From positions 18,174 through 30,973 of the forward strand of contig CAZPQF010000002.1 in assembly GCA_964588735.1 (NCBI GenBank): a DNA stretch of 12,800 bases, written 5' to 3'. The notes under the pieces were generated by a model, which made no database searches, was not told the origin of the DNA, and saw only the letters and a list, made by a program, of their open reading frames with translations. Shown here piece by piece: positions 1-6,142 of this stretch (the stretch's first letter is position 1; each line of letters opens with the position of its first letter). A program made the position numbers and the translations under genes. Origin of the DNA: Candidatus Woesearchaeota archaeon (GTDB lineage Archaea > Nanobdellota > Nanobdellia > Pacearchaeales > GW2011-AR1).

Positions 1-107
1 ATCTTCATCAAAAAAAAGTAGTTACAAAGGTTTTTTAAGTTTGAAAACTTGAATTTAATTATGGTTTGTGAATGTTCAAATAAAATGAAAGGAGGTTTTA
101 TTTCAAA

Positions 108-422
108 ATGAAAAAAATAATGCCGTATATTGTTGCAGCAGGAATGATGGCTTCAAGTGTTGCTTATGGAGATGGTGTAATTAGTAATTTAAAAACAGTG
201 GCTTTGGCACCTTATAAAATAGCTAAAGCAAGTGTGGGGGCACCAGTTGAAATAACAAGAACAGTTGTTGATAATCCACTTCAATTGAAAGATGTTGGAA
301 AATCAGTACTTGATGAATCAAAAGGATTAGCAGATAAAACAATAGACAGTTTAGTAGATGTAACAGAAGTAGCAATTGATTTACCTGTAAATCTTGTAAC
401 ACTTAATATCAAAGAAGAATAA
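108..422 (+). CDS. small exported protein of unknown function
   Basis: 104-aa ORF. The N-terminus MKKIMPYIVAAGMMASSVAYG looks like a signal peptide (basic n-region, hydrophobic core, small residues). GGAGG lies at 91-95 upstream. No recognisable domain. Confidence 0.5.
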   Translation: MKKIMPYIVAAGMMASSVAYGDGVISNLKTVALAPYKIAKASVGAPVEITRTVVDNPLQLKDVGKSVLDESKGLADKTIDSLVDVTEVAIDLPVNLVTLNIKEE

Positions 423-437
423 AAAATCAAAAATTTA

Positions 438-445
438 TTTTTTTT
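438..445 (+). terminator. oligo-T tract (T8) downstream of the 108-422 ORF
   Basis: A run of 8 T starts 16 nt after the stop codon, followed by more T-rich sequence. Archaeal RNA polymerase terminates at oligo-T tracts. Confidence 0.35.
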
Positions 446-496
446 GTCTTTTCTGATTTCTGTTTTGAAAGTTGTAAATATTTATCTTTCATAAAC

Positions 497-504
497 TTTA
501 TAAA
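497..504 (+). promoter_or_regulatory. archaeal TATA-box candidate for the arsR-led operon (leaderless transcript)
   Basis: TTTATAAA is centred about 26 nt upstream of the ATG at 526. The same motif and spacing recur at 5011-5018 before the ATG at 5039. Confidence 0.35.
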
Positions 505-507
505 GAT

Positions 508-527
508 ATATGAATTAAATTTCATAT
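508..527. promoter_or_regulatory. inverted repeat ATATGAA-N6-TTCATAT, candidate ArsR/SmtB-type operator
   Basis: 7-bp perfect arms with a TGAA-N6-TTCA core. This core is shared with the described SmtB/CzrA 12-2-12 operators. It sits between the TATA candidate and the arsR-family start codon, overlapping the ATG. Confidence 0.45.
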
Positions 528-867
528 GAATAAAAAAGATAAGAATGTATTCTGTGGATATATGCATTCTAAAACCTATCATTATTTTTTCAGTAATTTA
601 GCAAATCCATTAAGAATCAGTATAATTCTCAGCTTAAGAAAAAGTGAAAAAAATGTTTCTGAAATTGTTGGAGATTTAAAGGTTGAACAAAGCAAATTGT
701 CTCATGCACTTAGTTCTCTTCGATGCTGTAACATTGTTAAGGTAAAACAAAAAGGAAAACAGCACATATATTATCTTAATAAAAAAACAATTATTCCTAT
801 TTTAAATATAATTGATAAACATGCTAAAACTTTTTGTAAAGGTGTTTGTAGGAGGGTTAAGAAATGA
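526..867 (+). CDS. ArsR/SmtB-family winged-helix transcriptional regulator
   Basis: LANPLRISIILSL ... VSEIVGDLKVEQSKLSHALSSLRCCNIV ... KGKQHIYYL matches the ArsR helix-turn-helix and wing pattern. Extra Cys pairs are present (CC in the recognition helix region, C-terminal CKGVC). The stop overlaps the next start (ATGA). Confidence 0.85.
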   Translation: MNKKDKNVFCGYMHSKTYHYFFSNLANPLRISIILSLRKSEKNVSEIVGDLKVEQSKLSHALSSLRCCNIVKVKQKGKQHIYYLNKKTIIPILNIIDKHAKTFCKGVCRRVKK

Positions 868-1532
868 AACTCTTTTTATCTGGTGGGGGGAGTGAGGCAT
901 TTAAATTAGATGAAGAATTTATCAAAGAAATAGATAAATCAAAACCCATGTTATATATCCCTATTGCTATGGACCCAAAAAAACATTCTTGCTCAGAATG
1001 TTTTAAGTGGATTAAAGATTACTTCAGACCTTTCAGTTTCGGAAATATAATTATGAAAACAGATTTAAACAAAATTAATAGAGATGAAATAAATAAATTC
1101 GGATCTGTATATATAGGGGGAGGAAATACCCCAATATTACTTAAAGAATTAAGAGAAAGTGGTTTTATTGAAATTTTAAAAGATTTAATGAATAAAGATA
1201 TCCCAATTGCAGGAGGAAGTGCTGGAGCAATAATTTTTACGAAAACAATTATTCCCTCCCTAAGTGCTGATAAAAATAAAGTAAAACTAAAAAATCTAAA
1301 TGGACTAAATAAAATTAATGATTATGAGATGTGGTGTCATTATGAATCATCAATGGATAAAGAAATTTTAGAATATATGAAAAAATATAATTTTAATAAA
1401 ATAATTGCATTGCCAGATAAAGTCGGGATTTATGTCAATAACAACAACATGATAATCTTGGAAAATAAAACTGCTTATGTTTTTAATGAGAAAGAGAAAA
1501 GAGAAATTAAAGATGGAGAGATATTAAAGTGA
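864..1532 (+). CDS. peptidase S51 (dipeptidase E / class I glutamine-amidotransferase-like) family protein
   Basis: YIGGGNT and AGGSAGA motifs are typical of the S51 Ser nucleophile elbow. GGAGGG lies at 851-856. The 5' end has an ATGA overlap with arsR and the 3' end a GTGA overlap with the next gene. Confidence 0.7.
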   Translation: MKLFLSGGGSEAFKLDEEFIKEIDKSKPMLYIPIAMDPKKHSCSECFKWIKDYFRPFSFGNIIMKTDLNKINRDEINKFGSVYIGGGNTPILLKELRESGFIEILKDLMNKDIPIAGGSAGAIIFTKTIIPSLSADKNKVKLKNLNGLNKINDYEMWCHYESSMDKEILEYMKKYNFNKIIALPDKVGIYVNNNNMIILENKTAYVFNEKEKREIKDGEILK

Positions 1533-2710
1533 TATTTAATAAAAAACAAATTTATCTTGATAATGGAGCTACAACAAAAGTAGATCCTACAGTTGTTAAA
1601 GCTATGATGCCTTATTTTAATGAAAAGTATGGGAATCCCTCATCGCAACATACAATAGGACAACAGGCAAAGATTGTATTAGAAGAGTCTCGTGCAATAA
1701 TTGCAAAATCAATAAATGCAAAACCAAAAGAAATTATATTTACTGCAGGAGGAACTCAAAGCAATAATCTTGCATTAAAAGGAGTTTTTTTTGCTGTAAA
1801 ACAAAATTCAAAAAGATTTAAAGGAAAAACAAAACCACACATTATTACAACAAAAATAGAACATGATTGTGTGTTAAATACATCAAGATGGCTAGAAAAA
1901 CAAGGAGCAGAAATAACTTATCTAAATGTGGATAATAATGGATTTATTGATATTAAACAATTAAAAAAATCAATAACAAAAAATACAATTCTTGTTTCAA
2001 TAATCCATGGAAATAATGAAATAGGCACGATTCAAAATCTTGAAGAGATTGGGCAAATCTGCAAAGAAAAAAATATATTATTTCATTCAGATGCTTGTCA
2101 ATCATATACAAAAGTTCCAATAAATGTTAGAAAAATGAATTTGAATTTGTTAACATTAAACAGCCATAAAATTCATGGTCCAAAAGGAGTTGGTGCTTTA
2201 TATGTTAAAGAGGGTATTAAAATAACTCCTTTATCTCATGGAGGGGGGCATGAAAAAAATATAAGAAGTGGAACAGAAAATATTCCTGGTATTGTTGGAT
2301 TTGCTAAAGCAGTATCTGTTGCAAAACCAAGATATGTTGCATATATGGCAAAATTAAGAGATAAGTTAATTAATGAGATATTAAAAATACCAAATACAAA
2401 ATTAAATGGTGCAACAGACAAAAAAAGATTATGTAATAATATTAATATATCTTTTATGAATATAGAGGGAGAGGCATTAGGGGGTTATCTCGACGCAAAA
2501 GGAATTTGTACTTCAACAGGAAGCGCTTGTTCATCACACTCACTTGAACCTAGCCATGTTTTACTTGCAGTAGGTTTATCTCCTTTAGAGGCAAATACTT
2601 CAATAAGATTAACATTAAGTAAATTTAATACAGAAAAAGAAATAGATTATACAATTAAACAAATTAAAAATGTTGTAAATAAATTAAGGAGGATAAGCCC
2701 GTTTAGTTAA
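1529..2710 (+). CDS. iscS: cysteine desulfurase (NifS/IscS class, PLP-dependent)
   Basis: SHKIHGPKG carries the PLP lysine. GGGHEKNIRSGTENIPGIVG is present, as is the active-site loop STGSACSS. GTG start at 1529 with GGAGAG 8 nt upstream. Confidence 0.93.
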   Translation: MIFNKKQIYLDNGATTKVDPTVVKAMMPYFNEKYGNPSSQHTIGQQAKIVLEESRAIIAKSINAKPKEIIFTAGGTQSNNLALKGVFFAVKQNSKRFKGKTKPHIITTKIEHDCVLNTSRWLEKQGAEITYLNVDNNGFIDIKQLKKSITKNTILVSIIHGNNEIGTIQNLEEIGQICKEKNILFHSDACQSYTKVPINVRKMNLNLLTLNSHKIHGPKGVGALYVKEGIKITPLSHGGGHEKNIRSGTENIPGIVGFAKAVSVAKPRYVAYMAKLRDKLINEILKIPNTKLNGATDKKRLCNNINISFMNIEGEALGGYLDAKGICTSTGSACSSHSLEPSHVLLAVGLSPLEANTSIRLTLSKFNTEKEIDYTIKQIKNVVNKLRRISPFS

Positions 2711-2712
2711 AA

Positions 2713-3168
2713 ATGAAGAGAAAGAAAAATAAATTACAAAAATTAGAAGACGGAGAGCATTGTTTTTTTATTTGGGATGTTAGAGAAGATTTAGGTATTG
2801 TAACAATACTATATCATGATGGTTCTTCTTCCCTTGTAGAAATGGTTGAGAAAAAAGAAAATTTAGTAACTGTTCCTTATGATTCTCTTGATATATATTG
2901 GCCAGTAAAAATGAAGAAACAGCAACGGTTTTTTGTGGAGGTTAATGATGGAATAATTAGTTCTATTAAACCGCATTTAGGTAGATATATTGAAAGAAGA
3001 GCATTATATTCGCAAAGTTTAGCTAGAATATTAGAAGAAGAATATGGTTCTGTTCAAGGGCTGTTTCAATATCATGAGATTGCTTGCCCAAGAAAAGGTC
3101 TTCAAAAACAATTTTATGATATATTGCTAAGAGCTCAAGAAAGAAACAGAGAAGGAGCTAAGGATTGA
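2713..3168 (+). CDS. hypothetical protein (151 aa), operon partner of the cysteine desulfurase
   Basis: The ORF starts 2 nt after the iscS stop. I recognise no motif. Composition looks like genuine coding sequence. Confidence 0.55.
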   Translation: MKRKKNKLQKLEDGEHCFFIWDVREDLGIVTILYHDGSSSLVEMVEKKENLVTVPYDSLDIYWPVKMKKQQRFFVEVNDGIISSIKPHLGRYIERRALYSQSLARILEEEYGSVQGLFQYHEIACPRKGLQKQFYDILLRAQERNREGAKD

Positions 3169-3180
3169 ATTAATAATCAA

Positions 3181-3298
3181 AAAATCCCTGTGTGTTACCA
3201 ACACTTAAAAGTGTTGGTTTGTTTTGGGATTTTAGGATGCTCAAGATTGCATTCATCCACGTCTTGAAAGATGTGGTTTTCTGCATCAGCAATCTTGA
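3181..3298 (+). ncRNA. GC-enriched two-hairpin structured element (candidate small RNA, or terminator plus 5'-UTR structure)
   Basis: Hairpin 1 pairs AAAATCCC (3181-3188) with GGGATTTT (3226-3233) and encloses CCAACAC(3198-3204)/GTGTTGG(3211-3217). Hairpin 2 pairs TCAAGATTGC (3241-3250) with GCAATCTTGA (3289-3298) and encloses CCACGTC(3257-3263)/GATGTGG(3270-3276). That inner stem has a G-T pair that only works as a + strand RNA wobble. Confidence 0.3.
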
Positions 3299-3333
3299 CA
3301 TAACAAATTCAGTTTCATAATCAGGAGGATAAA

Positions 3334-3576
3334 ATAACAAACAAAATAACACGTAAAACAAAAATTGGAGATTTAGTAAGAAAATATCCAGAAGCTGCAG
3401 AGATTTTGATGAGAAAAGGGTTGGGCTGTGTTGGGTGTCCAATGGCAATGATGGAGACAATTGATATTGGATTAAAAGCTCATGGCTTTAAAGAAAAAGA
3501 GATTGATAAAGTGATAGATGCCTTGAATAAAGAAATAAGTAAAGGAAAAAAGAAGACATCAACTAATAATAAATAA
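3334..3576 (+). CDS. DUF1858 / hybrid-cluster-protein-associated redox-disulfide (CxxC) small protein, with no canonical start codon
   Basis: The frame is open from 3304 to TAA at 3574-3576. It translates to ...ITRKTKIGDLVRKYPEAAEILMRKGLGCVGCPMAMMETIDIGLKAHGFKEKEIDKVIDALNKEI..., the DUF1858 pattern. There is no in-frame ATG/GTG/TTG before 3403. GGAGG at 3324-3328 lies 5 nt upstream of ATA at 3334. The gene is absent from the ORF track, which shows a spurious minus-strand ORF here. Confidence 0.65.
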   Translation: MTNKITRKTKIGDLVRKYPEAAEILMRKGLGCVGCPMAMMETIDIGLKAHGFKEKEIDKVIDALNKEISKGKKKTSTNNK

Positions 3577-3687
3577 ATTATGCTAATAATGCTAAAATCT
3601 GATAAATTAGGGCTCAGCTAAGCAACGATTAAACCTAATTTAAAAATATGGGAATTAATTATAATAATAAATAAAAAACAATCTAAA

Positions 3688-4086
3688 ATGGAAAATAAAA
3701 CACAATATTCAGAAAAAGTCATGCAAGAGTTCTTCAATCCGAAAAATATTGGAGAAATAAAAAACGCAGACGGAGTTGGTAAAGTGGGAAACCCAATCTG
3801 TGGAGATGTAATGTATGTTTATATTAAAGTTATAAAAAATAAAAAAGGGCAAAATATAATCAAAAATATTAAATTTAAAACAATGGGTTGTGCTGCTGCA
3901 ATAGCAACATCTTCAATGATAACTCAATTAGCAAAAGGAAAAACAATTGAAAGAGCAAAAAAAATAACAAAAAAAGATGTTGCAAATTCATTAAAAGGTT
4001 TGCCGCCAATTAAAATGCATTGTTCAAACTTAGCTGTTGATGCTTTAAAAAAAGCAATTGAAGATGCAGAAAATAAGGAAAAATAA
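3688..4086 (+). CDS. iscU: IscU/NifU-N-type Fe-S cluster scaffold protein
   Basis: The three scaffold cysteines are in canonical contexts: GNPICGD, MGCAAAIATSS and HCSNLAVDALKKAI. Confidence 0.92.
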   Translation: MENKTQYSEKVMQEFFNPKNIGEIKNADGVGKVGNPICGDVMYVYIKVIKNKKGQNIIKNIKFKTMGCAAAIATSSMITQLAKGKTIERAKKITKKDVANSLKGLPPIKMHCSNLAVDALKKAIEDAENKEK

Positions 4087-4089
4087 AAA

Positions 4090-4983
4090 ATGAATATTGA
4101 GAAACAAGTTAAACAAACAATATCAAAATACAAACTTCTAAATAAAAATACAGAAAACAAGAAGTTTTCTGTCCCTCAAACTTCTAAAAAGATAAAAGAA
4201 GTTAGAGATGATAAAATTGCAGTTGCTCTTTCAGGAGGAAAAGATTCTGCTTCTGTTCTGTTTATATTAAAAAAATTAGGTTATAATGTTGAAGGGTTTC
4301 ATATGAATTTAGAAATTGGCAAATATAGTAAAGATTGTGAAAGAGCTGTTAAAAAATTATGTGAAAAATTAAATGTTAAATTGCATATTTTTGATATCAA
4401 AAAAGAATTTGGAACTTCAATGTGTTATATTCGTTCAGCTGTAAAAGAAAAGAAAAATTATAAATTAAGCAACTGCGCAATATGTGGAGTTATTAAAAAA
4501 TGGATTCTGAATAAAAAAACTCGGGAGATGGGTTTTAATAAAATTGTTACAGGACATAATTTAGATGATGAAGCAGAGACAGTTATAATGAATATTTTGC
4601 GAGGAGATTTAACATTAGGAATAAATTCAGGACCGATTACAGGAAGTATTAAAGACAAGAAATTTATTCCAAGAATTAAACCTTTATTTTTTGTTGAAGA
4701 AAAAAAATGTAAAAAATACAGCAAAAAAAATAATCTTCCAGTTAGATATGAAATATGCCCTTGCAGAAGTGAAACATATAGAGTTAAAATCATTAATTTT
4801 TTAAATAGGAAATCTGAAAAAATAAAATTAAATATTGTTAAAAATTATTTAAAATTAATTCCAAAATTGAAGAAAGGATTAAATGAGAAGCAAAAGAAAA
4901 AATTATATTATTGTGAAGTTTGTGGAGAACCTGCAAGAAATCCTATTTGTCAAAAATGTAATTTATTAAAAGATATACTATAA
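4090..4983 (+). CDS. PP-loop ATPase, TtuA/NcsA/TtcA-family tRNA 2-thiolation sulfurtransferase
   Basis: SGGKDS PP-loop and GHNLDDEAET motif. Candidate [4Fe-4S] ligands are CAIC and CPC. A C-terminal CxxC...CxxC zinc ribbon is present (CEVCGEP...CQKC). The gene starts 4 nt after the iscU stop. Confidence 0.8.
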   Translation: MNIEKQVKQTISKYKLLNKNTENKKFSVPQTSKKIKEVRDDKIAVALSGGKDSASVLFILKKLGYNVEGFHMNLEIGKYSKDCERAVKKLCEKLNVKLHIFDIKKEFGTSMCYIRSAVKEKKNYKLSNCAICGVIKKWILNKKTREMGFNKIVTGHNLDDEAETVIMNILRGDLTLGINSGPITGSIKDKKFIPRIKPLFFVEEKKCKKYSKKNNLPVRYEICPCRSETYRVKIINFLNRKSEKIKLNIVKNYLKLIPKLKKGLNEKQKKKLYYCEVCGEPARNPICQKCNLLKDIL

Positions 4984-5010
4984 TATGTATATATTAAAAT
5001 ACAATAATTC

Positions 5011-5018
5011 TTTATAAG
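5011..5018 (+). promoter_or_regulatory. archaeal TATA-box candidate (leaderless transcript for the 5039 ORF)
   Basis: TTTATAAG is centred about 25 nt upstream of the ATG at 5039. This is the same motif and spacing as at 497-504. Confidence 0.3.
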
Positions 5019-5038
5019 TTATTTTCCATTTGATAAAT

Positions 5039-5383
5039 ATGTCAAGATATGCTGGAAGAGCAACTAAAGATAAAATAAAAAGAAGATTTTTAGAAAAGAT
5101 TTCTGGAGAGTTTGCAATACATCCAAATGACTATATGCCTGATGTTTTATTTGCTCAACAACTAATAAAATACTGTATAAGAGATAATGGGTTGCATAGA
5201 GGATTATTAAAAATAGTTAAAAAAATGAAAAAAAGAGATGAAAAAATATTATACCCTAGCATCAAATTAAAAAAAATATCTAATGACCCCGAAGCTCTTA
5301 TTAATTTAGTTAAAAAACCAGAACTCAATAAATTTGTATCAGAAGAAATATTAATTAATAATGTTTATTCAAATTTTTATTAA
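5039..5383 (+). CDS. hypothetical protein (114 aa from ATG 5039; the ORF track used TTG 5030)
   Basis: Open frame with lysine-rich composition and no recognisable motif. ATG 5039 is preferred because of the TATA spacing. Confidence 0.45.
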   Translation: MSRYAGRATKDKIKRRFLEKISGEFAIHPNDYMPDVLFAQQLIKYCIRDNGLHRGLLKIVKKMKKRDEKILYPSIKLKKISNDPEALINLVKKPELNKFVSEEILINNVYSNFY

Positions 5384-5446
5384 TTATTACTATATTAAAG
5401 TGACAGGAAATATTTAAATACGTGGAAATTTTATATTTTAAACATA

Positions 5447-5462
5447 ATACAATTGATAGTAT
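5447..5462. promoter_or_regulatory. NrdR box 1 (ATACAATTGATAGTAT)
   Basis: 12/16 match to the published NrdR-box consensus acaCwAtATaTwGtgt, with 6 of 8 palindromic pairs. Its centre is exactly 32 bp upstream of the centre of box 2. Confidence 0.55.
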
Positions 5463-5478
5463 TAAAGGAAGGTAATAT

Positions 5479-5494
5479 ATACAATATATTGTAT
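5479..5494. promoter_or_regulatory. NrdR box 2 (ATACAATATATTGTAT, perfect 16-bp palindrome)
   Basis: Perfect palindrome with a 14/16 match to the NrdR-box consensus. It abuts a TATA-like ATTATAAG (5493-5500) upstream of nrdR-nrdD-nrdG. Confidence 0.7.
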
Positions 5495-5638
5495 TATAAG
5501 TATGCCAAGGTTTCCTTAATCTCAGAAATCAAAGATTTCTGAGCACTATTAAGAACTTGAAAAAACGAAAAGTTCTTGAAGCATTCAACCTCCTTAGAGA
5601 TTGAATTAAGGTTGATAAAAATAAACGGGGTAAAAATA

Positions 5639-6118
5639 ATGGAATGTCCATTTTGCGGTAAATTTGAAACAAAAGTAACTGATAAGAGAACTAGTGGGAA
5701 TGAAATTCGAAGACGAAGAGAGTGTTTAAATGAGAAATGTAAAAAGAGATTTACAACTTATGAAAGAATTGAAAAAAAGGATATTATTGTTGAAAAAAAA
5801 GATGGCAGACGAGAAAAATTTGATGTTGAAAAATTAAAATCTGGAATTATAAAAGCTTGTGAAAAACGTCCTATAAATTATGAAAAAATAGATAAAATTA
5901 TTAATGAAATTGAAAATAAATTAAGAAAAAAAGGAAGAGAAATAAAATCAAACGAAATAGGTGAGTTGATTATAAAAAAACTCAAAAAACTTGATAAAGT
6001 TGCTTATATTAGATTTTCTTCAGTATATCAAGATTTTAAAGATATTGAAGATTTTAAATCTGCTATGAAAAAAATAGAAAAAAGGAAGAGAGAATCTAAA
6101 ACAAAAATAAAAAAATGA
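5639..6118 (+). CDS. nrdR: NrdR transcriptional repressor (zinc ribbon + ATP-cone)
   Basis: MECPFCG...RRRRECLNEKCKKRFTTYERIE is the NrdR zinc ribbon, followed by an ATP-cone (VEKKDGRREKFDVEKLKSGI...VAYIRFSSVYQDF). The true start is taken as ATG 5639. The TTG 5576 extension in the ORF track precedes the universally N-terminal M-x-C-P-x-C. Confidence 0.9.
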   Translation: MECPFCGKFETKVTDKRTSGNEIRRRRECLNEKCKKRFTTYERIEKKDIIVEKKDGRREKFDVEKLKSGIIKACEKRPINYEKIDKIINEIENKLRKKGREIKSNEIGELIIKKLKKLDKVAYIRFSSVYQDFKDIEDFKSAMKKIEKRKRESKTKIKK

Positions 6119-6142
6119 AAATAGAAAAAAAGAGATAAGAAA

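Noticed and set aside
2236-2421. 61-aa minus-strand ORF inside iscS
   Set aside because: It is fully embedded antisense in a strongly supported cysteine desulfurase CDS. The same reasoning rejects minus-strand ORFs 3924-4160 (antisense to iscU/ttuA-like), 4458-4793, 7133-7375 and 7928-8140 (antisense to nrdD). All have phenylalanine/isoleucine-rich translations, typical of antisense frames of lysine-rich genes.
3241-3305. Confident call of an H/ACA guide RNA
   Set aside because: The stem, pocket, stem and ACA geometry is suggestive. However, the upper stem and loop lack a recognisable K-turn or K-loop (tandem sheared G-A), and I cannot match the pocket to an rRNA target from this window. It is reported only as a structured element.
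3170-3460. 96-aa minus-strand ORF from the ORF track
   Set aside because: It has a low-complexity hydrophobic translation and no motif. It lies antisense to the structured spacer and to the clearly recognisable + strand DUF1858 coding sequence, so it is an AT-rich antisense artefact.
3603-3642. 9-bp stem TAAATTAGG/CCTAATTTA with a 22-nt loop between the DUF1858 gene and iscU
   Set aside because: It is a purely AT-rich stem with a large loop in AT-rich DNA. Such pairings are expected by chance, and there is no flanking T-tract or other supporting feature.
5576-5638. TTG-initiated 21-aa N-terminal extension of NrdR in the ORF track
   Set aside because: NrdR proteins begin directly with the M-x-C-P-x-C zinc ribbon. 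The extension overlaps the hairpin-rich leader and has no homology-like features. ATG 5639 is preferred.
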